This document shows, piece after piece, positions 24,518 to 39,172 of a DNA stretch of 64,000 bases. The notes beneath the pieces were generated by a model, which searched no databases, was not told the DNA's origin, and worked only from the letters and a program-made list of their open reading frames with translations. The stretch lies in contig JAKMXF010000332.1 of NCBI GenBank assembly GCA_024704765.1, forward strand, positions 602,018-666,017, given 5' to 3'. The position numbers and the translations under genes are program-made. Every line of letters begins with the position of its first letter. Within the stretch, counting starts at the first letter, position 1. Source of the DNA: Oopsacas minuta. Its lineage: Eukaryota; Animalia; Porifera.

Positions 24518-27500
24518 ATACTTAGTGCCCAGTTTATCCCGACCCCAAAGCAGTGACAATTGGGGCAAGTTCATACTTATGTTTTAAAACTAGGGACTTG
24601 CCTCACGAATACTTCTGCCAGTCTCGCAGCGGCCTAGCTAGCACGTTAGTTATCACCAATATACGTAGCTTATCCGATATCTGTCAAGTATTTCACAAAT
24701 GGTTTCATTTAGTCAGTGTGTTCTTTGGGTACATATATAGGTGGTAATGAGTAACGAATATCGAATCGTACCTTTCGACATTCTTTGCTCGTAATTAACG
24801 TCACTTCATATTTTCCAAATGTATTGTATATCTTGTGTTGATCTACCGACGGACGTTGTGTGAATTGTATCTGTGAGTATTTGCAAGTATTATTAGCAAA
24901 ATAATACATAATTAGCAGAGCATTAAAGAAGCGCGCTCCAATTATTATTATGATCAGAAGGTGGAGCTGCGATCGATTTGTAAAGGAGCGCACACACTGT
25001 AACGAGCCCATTTAATTGTAAACAATTTACAAATTTCATCGTAATTTTGCATAAAATTCATTATTCTTGCTAAACAAGTGGTTCCTGAGACACTTTTGCA
25101 TAACTCACAACTTATTGAAATGTTTTGACGTTGTACATTTAAGAATTTCCCGAACGCACAATTGTTTGCAAAAGATCTGCTCCTGCCATGAAGTGCTCTC
25201 TTCCAAAGCATTTTTAATTGGATTAACCCATTTTACAATTTAAAAACAATTGTTCAAGCAAATTTTTGATTTTTACTTAGTAATCCCAGTTAGGATCCAA
25301 AATTTGATAAATTATTTTCAAATTTATCCCAGACAGTATTCTAATTTCAAAAACTTATACCTGCGTAACGCCTGTATTTTTCCCCAGTTTGAATTTTTCT
25401 CGGAATAAGCCCAGTTTCAGTGACGAATAACAACAATTACGTTAAATTCGGACACAATGAAAAATGTTTTGCCAAATTTCTTGAGAAAATTATGAAAATG
25501 TCTCAATTTGCGGATTTTGGTAACGGCCCTGCCGATTTTATGTTTTATTTCATTGGAATGTATGGTTTAGACTTTGTCACTGCATTTTCTATTTACCGAA
25601 TATTTTCGCCCAAATCTGTGATTATATGACGTCCAAAGTTCCTAAAATCTCTGTTTTGGTGCAGGAATTGGTAAACACGAAGTTGTAAAATATTTGTGTT
25701 CTTTTCCTAATACGAAAGTAAACTTCAGTCGTGAACGGTTAATGCTCTGATAATATAATTTGCATTTGATAATTTTCTTCAATTATAACAAAACTTGTTT
25801 CTCTGCTAATTTCTTGAATTACTCTCAGAATGATTTTTGACCAAAATTATCTAAAACGTTTCCTTACAAAAATATATATGCCATGATAAAGTTACCATCT
25901 TTCTGGGTTATCTCACACCATGGATTGCACGTGTTTTCCTAATATATATCCTCTTTTATCTCAATAATTGTAACAATTTTGATCATTTCAGCATAGCCAA
26001 TGCATAGTATATAACAGACTTACAATATCTTTATGATACATTCTCTTGATTCTCTTACCAACGTGATATAATCATGAATATCCCATAATTGTTTTGTGGT
26101 TGAGCTATAATCTTTAAAGATCATACCGAATTTTTTTACAAACTGAAGTTGAATGTATACTATAAAATGGCTATCTTGATTTGAACTTAATTTCAAGATT
26201 GTTGACAACTAAGTGGATGTTGACGCAACATTCGAACTTTAATATGAATTTTTTAGATATATTGCATAGAAATGGTTTTGGTCTTATGCATTTCAAAAGT
26301 TTTAACGATGGATTAATGATTAACGTTCAACATATACATATTTGGCGATTATGTAAATAGATGACGTCATTATTTTCTAAATATTCTTATTGTGGCCTGT
26401 GTAAATTTGTATATATTAATATTGCATTTATTCGAGTGAAAGTGTTTATCTCAGTTATCAGGTCTTATCTTTGGTATCATATGATTCAGGTAAATTTTAG
26501 GCTTGGAAACAACCAAAAGTTACAATGACTTAAGTTAGGAGAGTACCGAGGATCATCAGGTATTTGCACCCCTATTTTATCGATGTATGCGGCAACTTGT
26601 TAGTTTTATGGCTACTTGCAGTATCAAGCTACAAATTTGATTCCACGAGATCTAGTTCTAGGTCGATATTCTGTGGTGTTAATTCACTTCTGCGATAACA
26701 TGAGTGCAGTAGAAATTTCCTTTAACTTTCTGCCCCTTTGGATCGTAAACTTGAGCCACTGGGTAGAAGGATTCGAATGCAAATGCATACATTACCTTAT
26801 TTACACGGAAGTCTGGACGCGCTTTCATTGGCCTTGTTCATTCAGAAACAGCCAACTGTGTTTCATCTGAGCGTCTGAAAGTGTATAATCTCTTCACAAT
26901 GGTAACGTCATAGAATGAGGCCTATAAAGCCTAAATCAGTGCTACATGACACAGTAATATTCAGCATTACTAATCTATAACCGATTACACCGAAGTTGTA
27001 CGTTCGTAATAAAATGAACACATATTTTCCACTTACTTTTAAACAATTCCCGGGCTCAAATAGAGATTTCAGCACCTTATTGACGTCATAAATTCACACC
27101 CTATTCTTTTAATCAGTAATTCTAACTACTATAACGAATCATAATTCATGTGAATTTATAGCAAAATTTGGCATACACAAGAGCACAACATATGAATAAA
27201 CCCTGAAATCGTAGGTACTGAGATTCCCTTCGAATCAAGCCAAACCAAACATGAATTGGAGCACGAATAGTATCAGACATAAATAATGCCATAAATACTA
27301 TTAACATATGTTCTCATAGACATATATTACTTCCTTTTCTGTATTTTGTCGAAATGTAATGTTGTATAACGCACTGTTTTACGACTAGTAGTGGGAAGCA
27401 CACTCTTTATGACGAATATCACTAATCTGCTTCTTCACTGATATTTTATAGGACTAAAAACAAGTATTTTTACAAATTTGGTTATACTTCGATTAATACC

Positions 27501-28225
27501 TACTGCGGATAAAGAATACAAATCTCCACGGTTCCCCGGCGGACTTATTGACGAGGTTCTATTGTAGAGGGTGACTTTTGATTGCCTTATTGTTTTTTAG
27601 AATGACTGATTATGCATAGGCAAATACAAAAGAATTTGTCGGCACTTTTGGACCTAATCTATATCCAAGTTTCAAACAGTGAAATACACTACACAAAAAA
27701 CTTGTTTGACTTCTATCTGAATTTGTTTTTAGAGGTACAATAAATTTTCATAGAGGGTGATGAGTTTCCCAGGGGTAAAGTACCACATAGTATTATCGGG
27801 GAGTGAAATTTTCGTAGGGGAGTTTTACTATTTGACACCGTGTCATATAGTATAACTCCTCTGATGAGTGTTGGGAGGATGCAAGACTCCCCCTGGTTAT
27901 AGGTGGGTTTATTTTAAAGCGATATATATTAGCTTGCGCGGTAGTATATATATATATTTATGGAATTAATCGTTGGAGTCATAGCTATCCATGGTTAATA
28001 GAGCTAAATTAACCTGCAACTCTTTTTTTGGGCTGAACTTATAATTAATGGTTATCGAAGCAAATACAGTATTACAGGACGATAATAGAGTTCTGTTACA
28101 TTCGAATTTGCGAATAACTCCTAAACTATACAATAGATAACGTTCAAATTTTCTCTTGAACATTTTTTATATAGTACCGAATCATTCTACAAAATATTGT
28201 TCATTATAGCACCCTTATTCTTAAC

Positions 28226-29027
28226 TACGGGATGTATTCATGTCTTGAATTTTAGGACTGCGGCTAACAGGTCTTATTGTGGTATGTCATTCCATTCTCT
28301 GGTTAATCCGTTCAGTGGCGACGCCAAACCTTTATAGGGTTTAGCACAAGCCCTCTTCTCTAAATTACTCCACACAAAATAATCCAGCAGATTGAGGTCC
28401 GGGCAGGAAGATTGGCATTCCGTCTTTGACAAAACTTGATATTTTGCTCCTGAGCTTGGACTGAGTCGCATTCGAGGCATGCGCTGAAACTGAGTCCTGT
28501 TGGAATATCCATTCCTGACTTTTGAATAGGCGACGATCTGTAACTTTGACTTCCGGTTTGAGTATTAGCTTCCTGTACGTTTCTGAGTTTATTTTACTTC
28601 TTTCAGGATAAAACCAGAGTTTTCCTCCAATTATCCGTCACTCCTCTCCTAACAGATTGAGGTTTCTGGACTCGCTCAACAAATTTAATCTCTTCAGGGA
28701 TGTCTTTAGCGGTTATAGATAAAATCCACCTAGTCTCCTTGTATCGTTTTGTGGTTCGATACACCAGCATTCTATTTACTTTTTCATGTTTCAGCTTCTT
28801 CAAAATTTCAGTTAGTGTATTCCCAAACAAATAGTGAGTGATGATTTTAGACCTTGCATCTACCATGATATAAGAAAAATGTACTGGATGCTAAACAAAT
28901 CAAATGTGATTGTAGCTCGACTATAACCAGGTAAAGTTAACGAAAAAGGCTAGCAATTAGGGTTACACTGTAAACATAGTAGTTAGCGACTGTACAATCA
29001 ATGTAACAGAACTTAATTGTTACCCTG
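28226..29027 (-). mobile_element. Internally deleted Tc1/mariner element, maT/DD37D-like
   Basis: N-terminal HTH MVDARSKIITHY...RMLVYRTTKRYKET and C-terminal PDLNLLDYFVWSNLE. Terminus ...taccctg followed by TA at 29028-29029. Confidence 0.65.
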
Positions 29028-31399
29028 TACATGTCTCTATTTTGTAAAATTTCAACTAATCAGTCAGGTATTTTTCTACTTGTGATGTCACTTAATTATG
29101 ATTTTTCTCTTTAACCCTTTAATATTATATTACAATGGAGTCTCCGAATAACAGACACATTGAGGACATGGTATCTGTCCGTTGTAGAGATTTGTCCGCT
29201 CCTCGGAGACTGTTTAAGTAGTAACTACATGTTTGGCAAATTCACTTCGTGGGCCACGAGGTTTGTCCATTGTAGGGGGTTGTCTGATTCTCGGAGTGTC
29301 CGTTTTGGAGACTCTACTGTATTACCATCTCATGTTAATCACTTGAAAAATTTAAATTTTACTGTTTTAAAATTTCGCAAAATGTAATCGTTACTATACA
29401 ATTATAATTACTCCAGACCTGTATACCATTAATTTCTACATTGGATTGTCAGTTTGTGGTATATTCCACATTCACTCAATTGAAATTATTTTAGTGCAAT
29501 TATGTTGCTATTTTATAGGAATTCAACGAACATAACCAATGTATTTTAAATGTTACTGTTTATCAATTGAGTTTTCTTATTTATATAAACTTCCCTACCT
29601 GAGTAAGCTCACGCCCAAATATTCCCATTTATAAATAGTAATATTCTAGAGCTAATAATCTGCCGTAGTGTATTCACATTATACGAGATATGCATTTTGT
29701 ATTGAGAATTGTATTATAAGCATCCGAACTCATATTTTTGAAGAAGCTTTCAACTCAATTTGATATTGAATTGTTTGAGAATTATCATTCAAGCTCACTG
29801 TGAACCACTCTTTTCAATTGACACAATAGTATAATATTGGAACAAGTGGCACAAGGTAACAATGATTGATAATTATCAACTTAGGATGTAGCTATTAGTT
29901 GTTAATTGTTCTGCAATTGTCATTTCTAATATGTAAAATAGAAATCTGAAATCATAAATTGCCAAATCTCATATACATTGAATTCTTGGCTGCTAAATAT
30001 TTGACTTAGTCTAGTACTATTTTCGATGGACATTTTAGATTCTACAACACTTTTTGTCACGGAGTGTATGTAGTAAATCGTATATTGCATATTTACTCTT
30101 TATTTATCATTCATCAATACAACATGAATACATTTTCTGTCATATTATCTGTTAACAACTATGGTATCATTGGTTCAATCCTTCTGTTTCAAGATTTTCT
30201 GTGACGCAAAACATTCCTTATTGGCTAATTCAAGCTTGTGAGTTTTCAAAAGACTAGTAATTTGGAGAACATGGATTCATAAAATGTATCTGATATTATT
30301 TGTCTCCATCACCATAATCAATTTTTAAATAATTTACCAATATCAATCCATTTTATTATGACCCAATTGGACATCATATTATGAAGATAAGAAGAGAGAT
30401 TAAAAGTACTATTTATTTACGTGGTCAATATATACTGCAAATAATTTCCAAGTTCTTCAGTTCTATGAAAATTTGTAATTATTAAGATAAGGCAAATGAT
30501 TTTCTGTGCATTGACGTTGGAATTGTCTCTTGGCGTATGATATGTACACGTTGCTCTTTAGAACTGTCGAATATTCTAAATGAAATGATTCATAATATAT
30601 GCTTGAATCCTGAATCTTTTTGGATTTTAAGTCTCTATCAATTGATAGCGAGATAATTGATGAAATTCATGGGTGCGAACGGAAGTTTCACTGAATTATC
30701 TATGACATTTTGGGAAATAGTAATAGATGTAATTGACGGTGTACCAAAAGGCGTTGGAATGTCCTCTATAGAAAAACATATTCACATTCTAAGGATATTT
30801 ATGAATAAAATTCTGATGTTTACGAGATATACTACGTATAAGTGTTGTTCATTAATTAATAAGACTATATTGTATAAATCTAGAACCAAACCAACTCCTT
30901 TATGTAATCTGTGTCAAATATTTCTAAATATCCCCCTATAACTCTGTACATCGTTTCCATAGTCCTGGTACTTTTCTATCCCAGTGGCTTAGAATTCTTT
31001 GGGGTACAGATTTCCCAATTTTCATATCACTCTCCAGCCGTTTGATCTCTTTGCTCTAAGAGGTTCTTCTGAGGCGTAACTAGAGATGGCAAAGCGATGA
31101 GCCAAAATGAATAATTGCCTCACTATGATGGCGATTACATGAGGGGGATGAGGCATTGGCCAAAATTCGAGGTTGCAACTGCTTCCTTTTCCTCAATGCT
31201 TGTTACGCCCTAGCTCTTCATCTCTTCGAATAACCATCAGTCGTTGGGTGTCAGGTGTGTACTATAAGAGAGGTGCGGGAGACATTCAAGCCCAAGTCGT
31301 GAATTGCATCCATTCATTGTACTTACATGGGAGTTGCGTTTTCATGTTGGAGTAGCACTTCGCGTGGAGACTTTCCCTCCTTTCACCCTTAATAGCTTT

Positions 31400-31960
31400 G
31401 CGCTATTACTTCAATTCTTCGAAGTGGTAGTCACTATTTGATTGTGTCTTCTCTGGTTACTAATTTAAGGATTAGAATTCCTTCCATATCCCAGAGTATC
31501 TTTGCCATTCTCTTTCCAGCAGATGGTGCGGTCTTCACCTTCATGGGTCAGGTACATCGCGCCTTATGCATTGTTTCGATTTACTCTCTGGTTCATAATT
31601 ACAAAACCAAGACTCATCACATGTTACGATACGATTCAAAAAGTTACTAACTTACACATTGACAATAATTTCTTACTGACTCTAGCCCTTTCGCTTTTGT
31701 GTAAACAAACCCTTCATCTAACTCGCGAATGGTTATTTGCCTATCCTCATTCAATATCCTTTGAACTAGGTCAATATAATGGCTGTTCCTTGAAGATGTC
31801 GCACGGCCTAGACAGAGATAATCATGCATGTCATCATCGCCATTTTCAAATCGTTCAATCCATCTTTATATGGCGTCTCTTGAACGACATTCAACATCGC
31901 ATATTCTTCATGAAATACATCCTGCATTTCATTAAGAAACTGAAGAATAACTAACATATG
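31400..31960 (-). mobile_element. Mariner fragment related to the 55322-56611 element
   Basis: The reverse complement shares gaaatgcaggat, aatggcgatga, attatgaaccagagag and gaaagagaatggcaa with the 55.3-56.6 kb mariner. Confidence 0.75.
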
Positions 31961-32102
31961 AGTATCTTATTGATAAATGAATGTTAAATACAGGAAGAGT
32001 TCATCTATGGAATTTTGAAGAAGAGGATCTTCATTATCTATCTTATTTGTCACGTTTTCAGCTAGCCTATTTTTGCACAATTCTTTTGATGGCCTACTTG
32101 AC

Positions 32103-33560
32103 CACAGGTGGAACACATGATGATCTTTCTGAATTTTTCATGCAGAATTGGACAACTATCGATGTAAAGCTACATCGCTTAGCACTTGGGAAATCTTATT
32201 TCCTGCTCATATGTGTTGAGAACTCTCGGTTCAACTTATGTCCGTGTTCTAGCCCTTCTTCAGAAAGACTACACAATCCTACCCTGTCATTTCTCTCAAT
32301 AACCTGATAGACATGAGCCAAAATTGCCGAGTGTCTTGTTGATAAAGACCTAGGGGAAGATTTATTAGATATGCGAGTAGGTTTCTTGATGCAACAGGAA
32401 ATCTGTCTACATCGACAACTTTACTACTATTAGATACTCTGAGTAATGCTAATAGATTACCGTTAATCTCTGTTAGAACATCTCTATAAAAATTTGGTTC
32501 TAATGATAGAGCGATCCTATACCACGGTTTTTATATAAAAAGGTTATTCTTGCCAAGCTACCAGTGCTTGTGTTCCCACTTCCTCTTGGTTTGGTCGAAT
32601 AATAAGTTCGTTAGTTCATGGATACGCTAGCATACTAAACCTTGATAATCCCGCACCATTTGATCCTCAGCTCACTTGGACTCTCCAGCTGCAACTTGGT
32701 AGATCAGGTTCAAGAACCAATCTAAAATCCTTGGATAAGAATGTAAAAGTGCACCAGGAAAACATCAATTACACTTGCAAGTTCGTGTGTAATCCCACAT
32801 CGTGCTTTGTATTGTAGCTCAGCAGCTCTTTGATATCCTCTATCAAACAATCCAAAGGAACTTGCAACAACTTTCGTAATGCTATTTATATTACTTCGGG
32901 TTGCTTTGCAGCCAATACATTGAGCTCCTCCAAGGTTTGCCATCAAACATTGAAGCTTTTTGACTTCTACTTTAACATGCCCATTTAGGCGATCAAAACC
33001 ATTCATATTAAGTGAAACAATTTCAGAGTTTTGTAACTTGCTCAATTCTATTACAGTGTCAATAGTCTCCTTTTGGCAAATATGTGATACTGGTTGGTTT
33101 GAATAACACGAGTTAGGATGCCTATTTTCTCACAGGACATTCCCGAATCGATTTAGCGCCTGAACGGGTGAGACTATGAAGACAATACATTTTGATCGGT
33201 TTATATTCAGGTCTGACAATGATCCAGGAAAGGAATGAGATCCATAACCAGCCAGTTCATACTTGATTCTGAGTGTTAATGGGTAGAAGTGTGGTGCAGG
33301 AAAACTTAGCACACATTCTATTAACAACCGGTCAAAGAGAGAAATTACATGTGATGAATAAGACATGTAGACCCCTATAGGATTGGAATCGTTTGGATAC
33401 CAGTTAAATGTTGGAACAATTGACTTTGTAATTTCACTAATTTTTCCCAAGTTGCCAAAATGAGGCCTTCTGATTGGAGATAATATTTAAGATCTCTCCA
33501 TTTTCCTTTCCCCAGCTTAAGTTAATATGCTAAGAATGTTGATTTTTCTGGTGAAACTAT
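32103..33560 (-). mobile_element. Degenerate Transib/RAG1-like transposase
   Basis: One frame 33450-32722 with a single TGA at a Trp position: IKYELAGYGSH, VL*ENRHPNS...QP...KET, LGGAQCIGC. Later GNTSTGSLAR and GLCSLSEEGLEHGHKLNR (about 32248-32265), comparable to RAG1 ASEGNESGNKLFR. Missed as a unit by the ORF track. Confidence 0.7.
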
Positions 33561-34126
33561 GTTACTGAAGGTTGCTATCGATTTTTCGTAATATATTTTT
33601 CAAGTGATATTTGTGATGCCTTTAAAACCAAATTGTTCAACAACTACAATATACAAGAGAAGAGCAACGTATTGAATAACAGAAGTATTTCAAGTTGTGC
33701 TAACTGATTGATAGAAATATTTATCCGTTTGATCAAGCCTGATTTTTTTATAAATAACATGAATGTCATCAATTGATTTTTCCTTCTCTTATTGTTGGAG
33801 TTTCACCCTTCCCAGTTTGTAAACCCCGGGTTTAACTCAGGTTAATCAAACTATAGAAGTATATTTCCCCTTTATTAATCTCAATTTTAATATTATTTAA
33901 TATATATTTCTATTTGAATGAATGCCAAATCTCTTATCAAATTCCGTTTGGTTTTAAGTCAATTGTACGATTACAGATATTTCTTTATGCCGATCTTTGT
34001 TTAGACTTTGAATATTTAATGTGTTTACAATTTAATCTAATTCTACTCTGGAAATAACAGAATAAGAGTTTCTAACACAGTTTTGGTAGTTTACCCAATT
34101 ATATGAGGTTTAGCACTCTCTAATAA

Positions 34127-36416
34127 CACGACTCAACAAGATTTCTCATCAGAGATAACATATATTTATCTTAGCATACTTTTGAATGCTGAACTTGAAT
34201 CTGCAATCAGAATTTCTCTAGCACGTCTAGTTATTCTGAAATCCAATATCCATTTTTTTAATAGTATAGTATTACCTAGTTACTAAATTGCTATATGAGA
34301 ATGCCTATTTTGATTCAATTATCTGGAATATAAATGACTTTACTTATTTGAATTCAAGCAAATCAAATTATAAACGTGCATCGTAATTGTAGAACTCATC
34401 CGACAATTTCTGTTACGTTTGTGGTCTTTTTGCGTAAAATCACAAAGACGACCAATCACAAATCAATTAAAGAACATATACAAATTGTACTTCGAATGTC
34501 CACTTGGTGACCAAGACAAGTTGTGGGCACCACATGTTATATGCACTTCTTGTTCAAGTGGACTACGAGATTGGTTGTACAAAAGGAAAGTTTCAATGCC
34601 ATTTGCAATACCCATGGTCTGGAGGGAACAGAAATATCACCTGGATGATTGTTACTTTTGCCTTATCGACATTACCGGATTCTCAGCCAAGAATAAGCAC
34701 GCTCTCGTTTACCAAGACTTGGATTCTGCTCGCAGGCCAATTCCACACGACATCTCATTATCAATCCCAATTCCCAAGCCACAGCAAATTAAAATCGTGT
34801 CTGATATGGTGGAAGATGTTCATGCAGATTCTACAGATGCTAATTATGTCCCGGAAGATGAATTACTTGAGCCACAAACATTTACACAGGGAGAATTGAA
34901 TGACCTGTTCAGGGATATAGACTTATCTAAAGACAAAGCTGAACTCTTTGCATCCAGGCTCAAACAGAAAAACCTACTCGACAAGATGTCCTAGTATCCC
35001 ACTATCGCAAGCGAAATTTCGATCTCGCTCAATACTACACCACTGATGGTCCACTGTGCTATTGTAATGATATCGGAGGACTCTATGCAAACCTATTACA
35101 AGAACATTCTTCTTCTGATTGGCGCCTTTTCATCGACTCGTCAAAACGCAGTTTGAAAGCTGTTCTATTGCATAACGAAAATCTAAAGCCTGGCGTTCCA
35201 ATTGCTCACTCCGTCTATCTCAAAGAAACCTTCGTCAATTTGCAGGAAGTTTTGGAGGCAATATAGTATAGAACATATATATGGAATATCTGCGGTGATC
35301 TTAAGATAATCGGGCTATTGATGGGCTTGCAACAAGGTTTCACAAAGTATTGTTGTTTCCTATGTCTATGGGACAGCCGAGCAACTGGTGAACATTATAA
35401 AAAATGTGATTGGCCGAAGAGAACCTATGAAGTGGGGAAAACCAATTTACAGCATTCGCCATTGGTAGATCCAAACAAAGTTTTCTTACCCCCACTTGAT
35501 ATTAAACTTGGATTAATGAAAACATTCGTTAAAACAATGGGCAAAACAAATTCAGCAGGATTTCTGCATTTGGTAGGCAAATTTCCGAAACTAAGCGAGG
35601 CAAAGTTAAAAGAGGGAGTATTTGTAGGACCACAAATCAGACAAGTATTTAGAGTTCCAGATTTCGAGAAGACATTATCCGAATTAGAAATGAGTCCTTG
35701 GAAGTCTTTCAAATGGGTTTGTGAAAACTTTTTGGGCAACAAGAAGTCGTCCAACTACGGAGAAGGAGTGGAAACCTTGCTTAACGCATACGAGAAGATG
35801 AGCTTTCGCATGTCGCTAAAACTTCACTTCTTGCACTCTCACCTTGATTTTTTCCCTGAGAACCTTGGTGCTGTAAGTGATGAACAGGGTGAGAGATTCC
35901 ACCAAGACTTACAGGAGATGGAAACCCGATACCAAGGTTTCTGAAATGAGGGCATGATGTCCGATTACTGTTGGAGGCTCTTCAGAGATAATCCCAACAA
36001 GATATATAAAAGGAAGTCGTACTCTCAACACTTTTAATTTAGTTAGCTACCTTTATACTTCTAGATGGATATGTATTTCCTCTTACTTTGTGAGTAGTTG
36101 ACACATGCATGAATGTGAATAATTATATGTAAGAGCTAGGATAATAACTGATATTATCTTGGCATTAATCTAAAACATCGAAACATTGATTTATTTCAGA
36201 TGGCTATCATGTAAGAAGACAAAAAGACAGCCACTACCATAAAATAACAGGAAAAATTTAGGAAATACATAAAAATCGTTGACTTGTAGATGGAAAAATA
36301 CTGGACGTGCTGGAAAGAATCTGAAAGCAGATTTGAATTCAACTTAAAAAACTAGCTTAGAAAATGTCAATCTAATACTTGATGAGAAAATGAAGTTGAA
36401 TTTTGTTAACCTTGTG
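34127..36416 (+). mobile_element. Full-length, decayed Chapaev3-type DNA transposon, 2290 bp
   Basis: TAA|CAC ... GTG|TAA (3-bp TSD). Imperfect inverted ends of about 110 bp (caacaa, tttctcatca, agcacgtc). Transposase 34380-36037 with FCYVCG, WAPHVICTSC, DDCYFC, LFIDSS, CGDLK and SDEQGERFHQD; several stops and frameshifts. Confidence 0.88.
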
Positions 36417-36979
36417 TAACCAGAGTTTACCCAGTTTAACCTACTAAATGGGGTTTAACCCGGTTTAAACCATAGTTTAAACCAGGAAGGTGTGTTAAAC
36501 TTGCCAATCTTTCTCTTCTCTACATTTGGAACCAATGTAATACCGCTTTCTACATCACAACCAGAAACAGAAAGAAATTATTGGCTACTTTTGGGTTTAA
36601 CAGGGACCCATGGAATACTTGCACTCCACCACTTACCATCTAAGCTCTCAATTGATTTCTTACTCTTCCTGACATTAGATGAACCTTTTGACATTAGAGA
36701 GTGTACAGAATGTCTTTTATCTTCATCGAGATTTAGTAATCGCACCACTTCATCTGCTGCTCAATTCATATCATAGTCATGAACCTCCAATATAATAGCC
36801 AAGTCAAGACTTGTTTTTGGGCTTTCAGATAATATTGTTGTTTCAGCCGTTGTTAAATTGATAAGTAGAGTTACAATAGGTTATCAAGTTTATGAACTTG
36901 TATACTACCCAGTGATATACGGTAATTATTTATAATACTGCATTATATTTGTGTAAAATGACCATAAAATAACATTATA

Positions 36980-37290
36980 TTGTACCATAGCAACGTAGAT
37001 GTGAGAATGGAATTCAAAATTGAACATGTTGCGGAAAGGAAGCGGCATTTGTACTTTTAATGTAATCTTTATATTACTTCACAAGAATATGTACTAAAAT
37101 TCAGGGTGAAACCTAGTGGGAACAAAATTTGCTGCCAACAGGACGCCACAAGTTACAGAGAAATTTTAAAAAACTTCCATTGCATCCCACCCGTAGTATC
37201 CTAATAACTCTTCGTTCCTGAATAAAACGAATGATATATTCAATTCAGCACGCTCACTTTGCTTGGAAGGCATCTGTAAATGAATAATAG
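36980..37290 (+). mobile_element. Very degenerate hAT (Ac/ZBED1-like) transposase fragment
   Basis: DV...WNSKLNML (TRWNS-like) near 36995-37035, plus a weak C-terminal dimerisation-like remnant. Confidence 0.35.
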
Positions 37291-39172
37291 TATGCATCAT
37301 AATTTCAATAGATTACTGAAATTGCTTCTGTAATTTATATATCTGATGTATAAACATAGTATACAGCAATGAAGTCTTACATTTGACTGACCACAAAACT
37401 TGATATACTTAACTATTTCATCTGATACTTTACATATTGCTCATTGAATATATTTAGAATCTAATCCATAATTCAAATTTTGTACATTTAAGGTAAGAAT
37501 TTGGGCCCAATGCACCCCAGTAGCCCACTGTTTAAAGGTAAAAGTACATTCAGAATGCCTTGAATATGAGCAATTAGTCAAATTACGATGCAATTTAAAA
37601 GATTGACAGTTATTCAAATAGTTTAGCAATACGATATCTTATTGTTTTGTTCGAAAACAGTTGGCAATTCAGATACAAAATCCAACTCCTGATCAATGGA
37701 CCTAAAGCTATCACTTCGGCCGTAATCAGTTATGTCTAATATTGATTGGAACCAAACACATTAGTGACCAGTAGAGCACACAATAACACATGAATTTACC
37801 ACAAATCAATTAATATTCTAAGCACCCTTCACAATTGGTTTACCTAAGAATTTCTTATTATGTCGCCGTATTATGACAAAGATTGCCTTTTTGTTATGGT
37901 TAGCGAATTGTCTGAGGAAGAAGGTGATAAATAAGTCAGTTTTATATCTGAAAATAGTTGCTTTGGCCTTCACAGAAGATGTTTGCTATGTCCATCATAA
38001 TGATGTAATAGGTTATATGTCCACAACGACACCTTCAAAACTTGCAAGAAAATTGATCGTTTCAACGGATATGGAGCTAATTTCTGAATATTCTTTATAG
38101 GAATGATTTGAGTATCATCGTAAACATTTTGTTTGAGTGGATCTTTGGACTAATATACCACCAACTGAAAACATTTCTTGGATCTTTATGGGAATTTTCC
38201 GAGATATGTGTATTTGCAACCTGATAGAACAAGTTAAATACCTAATAGAATTCCACATTTACCCGAGAATTTGATTGAATATGCAACTAATAAACATTAA
38301 CTGTAACTAATACGTGAATATCTTAGAGGAAATATATGGAAACCAAATTCCACTTTCTAGACAATGAAATCTGCCTAAAACAATAATTTAACAAAGTAGA
38401 TTGAATTGTACATTTTTGCTTTACGAAAAGTAGCTGTTTATTTTTTCAAGCGATAGAGTCAACGTGAGTTGGTAATAATATATTATTAAATAATCATTGA
38501 TCAAATTGACAATTTCGAAATTTCATGACTCCACGAATTGAAAACTACTTGGCCGATTAGTTTGAAATTTTTCCAGAGTAAATACACTGAATTAGCTCGC
38601 TGCACAGCATATTTTGGTTATATCGGTTCATGATGGTGAATTCACTGGCCGACTTGAGATGGAAGTCCCCTATGTAAAGTTTCACTCAGGTAGTCGGTTT
38701 GATTCGAAACACTGGTCACCTGATAGTGTTTGGACAAATTTTGTGAATTACTGTGTCACATTTTTCTTATTCCAGAATTGTTGAGCAGAATTTTTCTAAA
38801 TTCACTCGTTAAAGTCCTGTTATGTAACGAAATTTCATGTTGATCACGAGTATTTTGTATTTTAACATTATACAATGCGCTTAAGGACTGTTCGTATAAA
38901 ATTGAACTAGAAAATTTTATTTGGTCCATAATTTTCTTATGCAATCAGTTTTATACTCATAAATTTACAATGTGGGACATCGTAAATATACTTTGTTGTT
39001 ACTGTATTGCGTATTATACTATTCGATATTTAGTATTCATAATTCCTTTCATTTCTTCGTATTAAATATTTAATGTTTTGGTGGTCTAATACTATTTTTG
39101 AATAACTTTCGTGGAATTTTCTCGGCAGCATTTTAGAAGATAATCGTTGTTTCGGTATTTGATTACCTAGAT

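Noticed and set aside
27861-27900. Hammerhead-like CTGATGA core
   Set aside because: No stem II followed by GAAA and no closing stems.
29000-32100. RAG2-like partner convergent with the Transib/RAG1-like relic (ProtoRAG arrangement)
   Set aside because: The adjacent DNA is a mariner fragment and unclassified relics; no kelch or PHD motifs were seen.
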